Source of the DNA: Paragordius varius
Taxonomy: Eukaryota > Animalia > Nematomorpha
Length of the DNA: 64,000 nucleotides
Direction: 5' to 3'
Assembly (NCBI GenBank): GCA_964247055.1
Contig: OZ176059.1
Span: 682,001 to 746,000 of the forward strand
In this document: in pieces, positions 40,601 to 53,000 of the stretch
Position numbering within the stretch: the first letter of the stretch is position 1
Layout: each line of letters begins with the position of its first letter
Made by a program: the position numbers and the translations under genes
Notes under the pieces: generated by a model
What the model was told of the DNA's origin: nothing
The model's input: the letters and a program-made list of their open reading frames with translations, nothing else
Databases searched by the model: none

Positions 40601-43600
40601 AATTTCCCCTAAAATAAATTATGTGTTTCCTAAAATTAAACATTGTATTTTTATATATTTATTAAAAAAATAAATTGTTTAAAATTTAAAATTATACTGA
40701 AAAAAAAAACTAAGCCATAAAGATATATATTTCATATTAATAATAAGTTATATTAGCTCAAAAACATATAATTTATCTTTAGGGTGAATTTGAAGTGTTC
40801 AAGGGTAAATTTAAATTGTAAATGGTAGATTAAAACAAGCATAATCTTTTTTGTCTTTATATATTTTAGGTATTAATGCAAAACCAATATACACACCTAA
40901 TTCCAAATCGTTTTCCCCGGTCCGCATTATGTTGATTGTAGGCTTGGAAAGCGGCTTCACGATCAAACGGAGATGTTGTGAATAAATGATGCCTGTAGGC
41001 ATATTCCAAATCCCGATCCTTAAATGTTAAACAACACCAATTGATGGGCGGGTTGGAGAAATAATTTTTTTTATTGTTGAGGGCATCCTCCTTAATACAA
41101 TTCACTAAATGAATGTCATACTTTTGTTGTTTTTGTAGGTATCTAACATAAAAACACACATATATAGACATATATATAGACATAAATTAAAATATTATAG
41201 GTAAAGCGGAAAAAAAACATTTAACTATAAAAAAGTTATTCCATGTATAATTATTTTGTGCCAACAAGGTAAAATTTTTTATTTTGTTGTTCTTATTGAA
41301 AATAAAACAATCGATTCCTACATAAGTTTAGGGTGACGTGCATAGCAAATTTTGAGATATGTTTTCCCATTTATTAAAGGTTACTACTCTTTCAAAAATC
41401 AAAAAGTTTTGTTTAATCCAAACACTAAACAATGATAAATAAAACTAAGAAAAAAAAGGCTAATTTAAACTTTTCCTTCATTCACTGTAAAATCAATAGA
41501 GTTACAAAATTGAAAACCGAAACAAAAAAAGTATACAAACTTTTGACTTAGTAGTGAGTTACTATCACCACCCGCTCCACCGCTACCGCTACCGCCAACA
41601 CCCAAACCCATGTGATGAGGGCCAAATCTAAACCCGCCCCGTTTTCTCCAACCCGTTCTTCCACTTTTTGTGGTTGGGATCATAAGGCTAACAGCTGGTT
41701 GCTTATTAACCATCCAGGAACCGGTCGTTCCATCCCCCACCGACCCCGGGACAAAGTAATAACCGGCGGCTCGACTAGCGTCATAGCGTTCAGCCACTAA
41801 GTCAGTTATAGAGCTATGACTACCGCCATAACGGGGCATCCAAATAGCCGTCGTTCCTGGGGGAACGATAGAGGGCACGTGAGATGTCATGTGATGATGA
41901 AACGAGATATCGTCTGCTGCCGTTGTTGTTACAGTATTATGATTATTATTATTGGAAGTTGGAGGTGATGTTATTGGCTGTGCAAAACAAAAAAAGTATA
42001 GTTTAAATATTTAATCTTTTTAAGAATTATTAAATATGTTGAATTAAACATAAAATGAAATGGTATAAAATTTTTTATAAAGATAACAGTAATTTTTAAT
42101 TTTATTCTGAATAATATATAGGGTGGGGTGATAAAAAAGTCGCACTAAACTTGTAAGTCAAGCGTGACAAGTTGAGCAAGTTTACTTAAGCCAGCAAGTG
42201 TACACTTGAAGATCGGTGATAAAAAAGCACTTAAATCAAGTCTTTTTGTTATGAATGTAACATTTTTTTGCCACCCGATTCGAATTTTACAAAAATTATT
42301 TTGATCATTTTCAGCCAAAATTTATGAAATAAGGCACAAAAAGATAAACAATTAATACAATATGCATTTATTGAAGTTTTTCAAACTCACTATAGAGTTT
42401 TTTAAATATTGAGCCTGCTATTAATTTTTAGATTGATGAAACCATTCGCCCTTATTACCACACTACTCATTTTGTTTGGAGTCCATTTGCAAATATAATT
42501 GGAGGATGTTTATTACAATATAACATATATAATTTTTAATTGATTTATCAACCTTACATTCAAAATAAATTTATGATAAAATAAAAATTTTACATTAGTT
42601 AATAGTGAAGACCTTTAGCGTTTAATAAACGAAGATTTGAAATTATACAAGATTAATATTCAATTATATATTTTAAGAAATTTCCGAAAATTAAATTTTT
42701 TTGCGCAATGGAATTGATATATTTAGCATATTTTTATATGCCATGTTCTTAAATATTAGTAGAGTTTTTCCATTATCCCCTTTATATCCACCCAATGAAT
42801 AGCAAAATTTATCAAATTAACAATATATAGCATTAACAAAGGTTTGAATTACACATAAAACCTATATTTTATACATAAATAGTTTCCAAAATAATTTATC
42901 AATATTTTTAAATCTATCAAGTGTGCCCTACACCACACTTGCAAAATCTTTTAGTTTTACTTAATCATAGAATTTTTTATCACCTCCGAATCAAGTTTTC
43001 TTGCTTGACTTAAGTCGTGTAATGTTAAATTTCTTTTATCACATGAAAGCAAGTCATGACTTGAAAAACTTGCCATTCAAGTCAAAAAAAATTTTTATCA
43101 CCCCACCCATAATTTCCAATTTAATATTGTGGACAAAGGAATAGAAATGTAAATTAATATCTCATTCACATGAATTTACTATTAGTTAGTCTGTAAGAAA
43201 AAAATGTAAATGCAAAAGAAAGTTTGACTGACTTTTTAAAAAAAATTAGTTCTTGACACAGCTTGCAACAAAATAAAAAGCATATATGTGGCCCCAGCAA
43301 TGATGATACCATTCATTTCATATTAACAAAAAAATTTAATGCTAAATCTGATTGGAGGTTTAACTTAGTCGATTACAATTGCATAGGGGGTCGGGCATGC
43401 TTTCGATTAAATTTAGCCAAAAAACATTTAATTTAGGATTAATTTTAATATAAAAACAGATGAAAATTTAAATATAATGTGCTAAAAAAAATTAGCTTGT
43501 TTTATTATTTATTTAATATAATTTTTCCGAATATTACATTCTTCTGAACATGAATCACTGTGAATTTATAAGGGATCAAAGAAATTATATATATTTTCTC

Positions 43601-46600
43601 CAAAACGAATGATTTATAATATCTTTTAATCTAACGCAATTTTTTTCAAACACTTTTTCCAGCAAATGCAATTTTTCATTCAAACGTAACATTTTTTGAG
43701 TTATCTTTGCCTGTAAGAATGTTGCGCTTGGTTGAAAAATGGCATACTAACTAATGTTAAAATGTGTTACCTCTTGTATGGCCATATCGTCTTTAGTTAA
43801 TAAAATATTACGATAATTCTCTTGCATGGCTCTTCTGAATGAATCCTTGGTTGTAAGAACGTTCGTTGTAGGAACGCTATTTAATGCTAGATTAAAATTT
43901 ATAAAATATAAGTGGTAAGAAATTACATAAAACATTTTCTTTAAAAGTAGCCGAGATATGAATCTAAATGGAAAAGTATGTTGCAACTCGAGTAAAGTTA
44001 ACAAAAATAAATGGACGTGTAGTATTAATTATAAGAAATTTTTTTGAATCATTAAAAACCAATATATAAGATCATATTAAAAGCGATTAAAAGGAAAAAT
44101 AAATTTTACCAAAAAAATAATTTCCCGTTTTGTCTCAAATAATTTATAGTATGACGGATTCCCACCACTTTTTACTTTCCAAAAAAAATAAAAATTAAAT
44201 ATAATCATTTTTTATGAAAAGTATGAGATAAATGTATGTGTAGACTTCCTTACACACGTTTTATAAAACTTTAAAGGTTAATGTGTTCGGGAAAAAAAAC
44301 TTTTGTAAAACCAATCATCAATTAATCAAACCAAAGAACAAAAAAAGATTATTTTCATTTGGGAATTAACGTATTAATTAAGTCAAGTACCTGTGGTAGA
44401 GACCGGTCCTGTCACCATCTTAGTTAACTGATTATTCGTATGAGGTGAGGGTGATTGCGTAGTCGTAACACCAAAATTAAATGATGAATGTGGTATAACG
44501 CTTTCATCATCTCCCCATACTGATGATTTATGTTGCGTTTCTTGAACGATATTATTATTAGTAATATTGTCAGTTACCTTATCATTCATATTAATGTATG
44601 GTATTTGTTCGTTACTGGTCAAATTTAGCTATAAATATAAGCATAAAAAATGAAAATGTAAAAATGGCTAGTGTTAAAAAAGGAAAATAAACTGATCAAA
44701 AAAATTATTTGAGCTAAAGAATAAATGATAAACTTTGAAAAACCGAGAAATGTTGTTGTAAATTAAACTCAATCATAGGCAAAAATATGAAAAATGACAG
44801 CTAAGTGGCAATCATAAATCAAAACCCCAAAGATATTATTGTTGAAGTATATGAGTATATATCGTTAATACTGAGTTATGATATAATATGAGCCTATATT
44901 ACTTGTCCGTATACCCTTAATACAAACTTGATCACAAACATTGTTTGTGGGTAAGGTGTAATAAATTTAGACATAGTAATATCATGAATATCAAAAATCG
45001 ATGTAAATAATATTATTTGTGTAAAGCCAGGTGTAAAAAAGTATCTTACAGGGGTTAATTGAAGATAAAATTAAAAATTTTGATTGAGGCAAAAAATTTT
45101 GCAATACGAAAAAAACCGCTTTAATAATGTAAACAATTCAAACAAAATAATTAACAGTTATTTATATTGCTTATGGCAGAACATCAAAAAAAAATTAACG
45201 AATTAATCATTTTCATCCATATATGACTTTTTAAAAAACGTATTTTTTTGATTTTGACTATTTTTTTCACACATACATATATTTGTGTATAAACGCCAAA
45301 AATTATTATTTATAACTTTTGATGTACAACAATGCATTGTAAAAAGTGACCTTAAATACACAATTTTTCGGATTCTAACAGCCGCATTGTATTCCACACA
45401 CAAAAAAAATTAGTAAATTTTCATATATTTTGTATATTAAATATTATTACAAATAATATACCATAGTATTTTCATTTTTCATAGCATTGCCATTCAATAT
45501 GGTTGTATTCTCATTATCATTGGTTGATATAGCATCTGGTATGTATGGTGGACTTATATCTGGTTCAATACCAACTTGACTCTCCAAAGGTTGCTAAATT
45601 TTTACATATTTTTAGGAATTAAATATAATTTTTTGTAAGCTATAATATAATATACCATTTACAGCTCAAATTCACCCTTAAACATTTCGGTTTCACCCTT
45701 AAACATGTTTAAAATTCACGCCCTAAAAATAAATTATGTGTTTTGAGCTAATTTAAGTCACCATGGATAATAATAAAGGAAATATTATTTCTTTACGGCA
45801 GGATTTAAGATATTTTTAAATATATTGATTTTAAAAGAAATTACATTTTTAAAAGCACAAAAAATTAAGTTTAATTTCAAAAATACATATAAAATAGGGT
45901 GAATTTGAAATGTTTAAGGGTAAATTGACGTGTTTAAATGGTATATAAAGATGCATTTTAATGGTTGCTTATTTCATAGTATAGTTGGACAATTTGCAAC
46001 ACAATAGTGTATTGAAAAAAACAACAAAATGTTGAATAAACTATAATTTCCTTTCTTTCTTTCCATACATTCCTGTGTTAGAAATTGCCCATAGCTATAG
46101 TGTGAAATAGCAACCATTAAAATGCATACTGTAAATTGAAAAGGCAAATAAATTATTATTGCTAGTGTTCTCTTTTGATCTCTAATCATCACCCTCATCA
46201 ATCCCGAATTGTATGTTAAAAACCGAAAATTAAGAATTTTAAAAACATAACCTAATACTTTTTTTTTGTTATTAAAGAAAACCATAATTATTTAAAGCTT
46301 GTTGTTTTCCAACATATACGTGATATGTAATATAAATAAGTGATCGAATTACAGTATGAGTAAGTATACACTGGTAGAAAGTTATTAATTATTGCCAAAT
46401 AGCATATACAACAAAGAGAATTATAATTCGCTAATAATAATAGTAAAAAGTGAAAAAACAACTATAAACCAATAATACTTCCCTTTGTAACATATCTAGC
46501 AATATAACTTACTCATACTGTAAATAAATTGTTAACACACTTAACATCAATTATACTATACTCTAAACATTTATTATATTACAGATACAAAAATCAAAAA

Positions 46601-49600
46601 AAAATCTTTAGAATCAAGAAAACAAGTTTAAGAGTTAAAACTTTGCCTGTTACCCTACTCTACAGTCATGTATATGTAGAATTGACAGAAATTCATTTTT
46701 AGATGATTATAATTTGTTTTTAATTGTTTTAATGTTTGATATGTCAACTTTCAACATGCGCATTTTTAAGGATTAAAATAATAATAGCTTATTTATTGTA
46801 AACAATCAAAAACAAAGTAAAATCAATTAAAAACGCATATCTGACAATTCTACACATACATGACTGTAATTGTTATTTTAACCATACAAAAACCCGATAT
46901 AACTAATAAATCAATCCAATAAATCAATCAATAAACCGCGACAAATATATCTATATTACCTCAGCACTCTGAGTTGTTTTAGGTTCTTGATTTTGTTTCG
47001 ATTGTTGTTGATGGTTATCTTCGATGACGACACTATTCGTGTTTACGGTTGTCCCATGATATTCATTATGCGTATACATTTTCGGATCATGTAATTTAAT
47101 ATTATGGCTGTTATGGCTAACATTATGTTTAGGTTCAGACGTATCAGCAGTAGTTAGTTCAGGAATCATACCCAGTTTAGTTAAATCCGTTTCGGATAGG
47201 GTATGGGGTAAAAAACCACCCACCAAATTCCGGTCATCAACAATTGATGACGATGCTAAATTATTTTGATTACCAGTACCAGCTGATATAACATTATTAG
47301 TTATTATTCCACTGTGTCGTGGAGAACTGGGGATGATTGGAGACAAGGGTTGTGTTGCAGATGAGCCTATATAATATGTGTTAATTAGTTAATTAACAGA
47401 ATTAAAAATTGAAATTATACGGACAAGCCTAAAAGTATATAAAGACAAAAAAATTTTTTGCAAAAAAACACTCAACACACTTTTTTAAACCGTAATTATT
47501 GAATAAAGAGTAAGGTTGGATTCTTTTAAAATAAAAAATATATGCTTTTATATTTTTACCTTTTTGTCCGTATAATTTCCTATTTTATTATATACCATTT
47601 ACAAATTAAATTCACCCATATATAATTCAAATTGACCCTTGAACATTTAAATCCCCTACCCTAAAAATAAATTATGTGTTTTCGGGCTAATATAACTCAC
47701 ACCATTAATATAAAATATATTCTTATGGCATAGTTTATTATATTTTCAGCATTATTTTAATTTTAAACAAAATTTAATTTTTTAAAAATATGAATAATAT
47801 AGATAGATAATTTTTAATTTCAAAATACAGATAATTCATTTAAGGGGGAATTTGGATTGTTCAAGGGTGAATAATTTGAACTGTAAATGGTATATATTTA
47901 CAATAAAAATTAAATGAATCTTTAATAGGAGAAGTCAATGTTTTCCCTATCGAATCAAAAATGCGTTAATCAGTTTAGTGTTAACTTTAAATAATAAAAA
48001 AATATACAGTTTAAAGTCTCTTTTTTCGTTTTTTCATATAAAAGAGGGTAAGGATTTAAATTGTCTCCGGACTTGTGAAGGCTTTAACACTCGCCTCCCT
48101 GCCCAGGGCTGAAGTGATGATGGAAAAATTGCGTAGTTTCGAAGGTTTGTACTCACACGGGGTGTAAGAGTGTTTACTTTATAAGACGTCGTAAAATAGA
48201 ATAAAGTCGATCGAGTAAAATGCTAAGCTAAAACCAAAGTCATTCAAGTTTCTTAATATGATATAGTACAGTAAAAGGCCGATTAATGGTAAGAGTAAAA
48301 GAATTCGATTTATTACCTTTTTTTGTATGAGTTATTTTATATGATGCTTAAAACTAATATAAATAGGATGTATGTTAGATATGGAAATATGAAGTTAAGA
48401 CATCCAAAAAACGATATAGAGTAAACCCCAAGAAAAACTGGTTAAAGCTAATAAATGTATTTTACATGTGATAAAAAAAACCGTCCTCGTAACAACACAA
48501 CTTGGCAATTCATCATTTAAATATAGATTATTCCCAATCTGTACATATTAAACTATAACCATTATAGTAAACCACAACAGATGCAAAATTAAAAGTTTCA
48601 ACATATTCGCCTTTAGTTGGAAGGAGAAAATATCTTTAATAGCTATCATTGGCTTTTAATCTTATATTGTCACATACAAACCTAGGTTGGATAGATGGGT
48701 TTACTTTAAAAGACAATTTTCTATGTTTGCATATAAGGCCAAAAAAATAGTATACCATTTATTTACACCTCAATTTTTACCCTTAAAAACAATTCAAATT
48801 CACCCTTATACATTTCAAATTCACACCCTTGCAACGTATATATATCGTAAATTACTTATATATTTTTACATTTTTAAAAAAAAATAATATTTCGTTAACA
48901 ATTAACATAATAGTGAAATAATAATAACAACCTATTATGTGTCATAAATGTTCATTGTTGAATGAGTTATATTAGCCCCAAAACACATAATTTATTTTCA
49001 GTGTAAATTTGAATTATTTATATATTAAAAGTTCTGAAAAAAATACAGTAAAATTTGAAATTATACGGACTAAACGTAAAAATATATAGGCAAATATTTT
49101 TTTAAACAACCATACTTTTTTAAACCTTAAGTTTTCCCACATATATTATTAATTCACAATTATATAATATAAAATTGATGTGTTAAAAACACAATCAATA
49201 TTAAATAATAAATTAGAATCGAAAAAAACAAGATTTAAAACGTATGATTGTGCTTTAGGAAAAAATATTTGTCTTTATATTGTTACATTTTGTCCGTTGT
49301 AAAATTTCATTTTTTACTATATTCTAAATAAGTTTTAGATATTACCTCCAGGAAACATAATGTTTTGTGCACCACCCATGTTACGTGTTATGGCAGCTAT
49401 TATGGGCCCGTCTCGGGGTGATTTGGGTTTTATGATAAAGTATGTTTTCATACCTAAATGTAACATATCATTACATACATTGACTATGTATAATATATCA
49501 ATAATTCAAAAATTATGTGATTTCGGGCTTAAGTCATATATAATGTTTCTTTATGGCATAGTAGTTTATCTTTTAGCCTTATGTTAATTTTAAACAAAAT

Positions 49601-49983
49601 TTTATTTTTTAAAAATATAAAAAATATAGATAATTGTTAATTTTCAAAAGGGTGAATTGAAATTGTTCAAGGATGAATTTGAAATGTAAATGGTATATAT
49701 ACAGTATGCATTAAAATGGTTTCTTACGCTACACTATAGTAGGGCAATTTGCACAGAAGTGTATGGAAAAAAACAAAGGCAAATATCCCAACTATAGTGT
49801 GAAATAAGCAACTATTAAAATGCATACTCTCTATATATATATTTGTCTATCAGCTATTTCTTGTAAATTTGAGCAAATACTTTTTGTAATATTTGGCAGT
49901 TTAAAAAAAATATTAACAAAATAATTATCTAAACTTGTTATATATATATATATAAAGCGCCCAAAAAATATCCTTTATATCAG

Positions 49984-50023
<40 letters not shown>

Positions 50024-53000
50024 TGTGTTATCTATGTTAATTAAATCTGTAATTTAACTTGTTATACAAATAGTAATAAGCCCCTCTAAAACTTTGCAAA
50101 GCCCATTAAAATATATTAATTTAAATAAATAATAAACCGTTAAAATCCATATACATACAGTAAAAATTAAAATTATAGGGGCAAAACATAAAAATATAAA
50201 GACAAATATTTTTTTAAAAAACACAAGTATACTTTTTCAATCTTAAACTTTTATAATATAAATCATAGTTTATAAATGAAAAAAATAAAATAGAGATGTA
50301 TATAGGTAACGCAATCAATTATATCGTTTAAAATTGTAAATAAATAATTTATATGGCAAAAATTTAGATTCAAAAAAATATGGTTATCTTTTAGTAAAAA
50401 AAAACATTTGTCTTTATATTTTTACACATTTTACCCATATAATCTCAATTATTACTGTATCAAAAAGATTTCAATTAATTTCAAAAATAATGGTATAAAA
50501 ATACCCTCCTTGGTATCATCCCCCGGTTCTACCACATACTTATCGCTCAGGGCATCTAACGTCGTTTGACTTATATGTACACGCCCAGGTTTACCCGTCG
50601 ATTCAAGCTTATTGGCAAGCGTGACATCGTTGGACCAAACGTCAAATTTAAACCGACGCGTTCCAACTACGCCACACAACACGGTGCCCGTGTGAATACC
50701 CACGCGCATATTAACGCTTTGATTATTGTCACGATCAAATTCTTTGATGGCACGAATCATACTAAGTCCCATACGGACACAACATATGGCATGATCGGCC
50801 CGGGGTTCCGGGCAACCCGAAACACAGTAATAGCAATCACCCAACGTAGCTATCTTCTCACATCCACATGCCTCACACAACTTATCGAATCGGCCAAACA
50901 GGTCATTGAGCAGGGCCACAAGCGTAGCAGCTGATTTATTACTACTCATTTGGGTGAAACCGACTATATCAGCAAACAGGATACTAACATTCGTGATTTT
51001 GTTCATTTTGAAGGGGCGAAACACAACGGGTGGTCTATTATTATTATTGTTACTGGTGACGCCTGCCCCAAAACCAGCTGATGATGTACCCGTTAAAGCG
51101 GATGACCCGACGACCCCAAACCCGCTCATAAACATGAAATCATCACCTGTACTGGCCGCTGGTGGCGGTGAACCGATTAGCGGTGATTGAGCTGGTTCAT
51201 CTTGCTGTTGGTGTGACGACGTTGTTGATGAATCATTCGAGGAAGATAGGGAATAATTATGATGGTGACAATGATGATGGTGGTGATGATGATGGCCATA
51301 TTCTTGGGATTTACTTGTATTAGCATTAGGGTTTAACGGATGCGAAGAATCGGTATGGTCTAAATAATAATAGTATATAAAATATAAAAAACGATATAAA
51401 AACAGCCATTATATATGGTTATGAATGGGTCTTTAAAATGTTTGCAAAACAGGGATTTAACAAATATGTATGATCAAGTGTAAATTTTTTTGTCTTCAAA
51501 TTATAATACATGGAAATAATTTAATCAAGAAAAAGCATTAAAATCTTAATTTCTATTAATTTTAACAAAATACATTTCCAAGACACATATAACTAATGAA
51601 TTGACTAGTTATTGTAAAGTATGTAAAATATGAGTAATACATTGCTAGAAAGTTATTAATTAGTGCCGAATAGAATACAAAGAGCAGTATTATTGGTATA
51701 TAGTTATTTTTTCACTTTTTACTAATATTAGCCAATTAAACTGCCTTTTGTTTCCTTATTTTGGCAATAATTAATAACTTTCTGGCAATGTATAATAACT
51801 CACTGTATTCACAGACCCATATAACTAATGAATTGGCTATTTATTGTAAATGTATGAGTAAGGATACATAACTAGTTTTATTTTTTAATTTAACATTGCT
51901 ATATAGCATTTATAGATAGGAAAGAGCAAACTATATTACGTATGAGTAAGTATACATTGCTAGAAAGTTATTAATTATTGCCAAATAGCATATAAAACAA
52001 AGGGATTTATTATTGGCTTATAGTTATTTTTTTCACTTTTTATTATTATTAGCCAATAATAATTCTCTTTGCTGCTGCATATGCTATTTGGCAACAAATA
52101 AATTTTTCTGGCAATATATACTTACTCAAACTGTATGGATAGGTAAAAAATAAAATTGATATAGTAAATTACATCACGGTTTAAATACTTAAATTTGATA
52201 AAGAAATATATATTCATATATACAGGATGAGTAAGTATACGTTGCTAGAAAGTTATTAATTATTGCCATAGCATATGCAGCTTTTTAATACAAAATACCA
52301 TGCAATAAACTCTTATATATTTTATATATCCATATTAAAGTATGTTCAATGGGTAAATCTTTTGACATCATCTATATATGTTCACAAATATTATTATATT
52401 GTTTTTACATTCCCCGAGACGATTTGATTAAACCAATGCGTAATGTAATAATAATAATTTTAATATAGTTATGAATAAAATGTTCCTTAAATACAAAAGT
52501 TAGCTGTTTCTTTCCATGAAAAAAAGGGACATATTTTAGTATCAGAAAAGAATATGTAACATTGTGATATACCATTTTTCAAACAAAAGCAACTTTTTTC
52601 AAATAACGCAACATTTACAAGCAAATGCCACAATTTTTTAAAACAAACGCAACTTTAACTCCGTTTAGATGAAAAATGTTGCGTTTGATCGAAATTTGGC
52701 TTTTGATTCAAAAATGGTATACTTTTAAATTCGATATATATACCTTGTAGGTGTGGTGAGTTGGGTATTTCCTTATCCCCATTCAATTCTTTACATTTAT
52801 TATTATGCTTATGCCTATTATGTCTTCGACTATTACAATCACTAGTATGTGAATGCGAATGCGAATGCTTGTGTTTATGATGTCCTCCTTTCCCTTGTTG
52901 CCTTCGTTTCAATGCTTCATCAGCTGTTCTCACAACAGATGGTAACGGCCCATCATTAAAAAGTGCCCCGACCCCAACAGCTGTTAGGGGTCGTCGGGTA

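Noticed and set aside
40811-41002. Alternative minus-frame ORF with a hydrophobic stretch ([17 protein letters not shown])
   Set aside because: It is out of frame with the AC9-like NPPIN..LEYAYR exon and runs into a MITE; the phase-2 donor at 40896 joins cleanly to 40531.
48107-48120. C/D snoRNA (CTGA and GTGATGA boxes)
   Set aside because: The boxes are in D-then-C order 1-2 nt apart, with no terminal C and D boxes.
48130-48170. Possible minus-strand hammerhead ribozyme (ccGTGTGAG...CGAAAC)
   Set aside because: The core lacks CUGANGA, stem II is poor, and no stem III/GUH partner was found.
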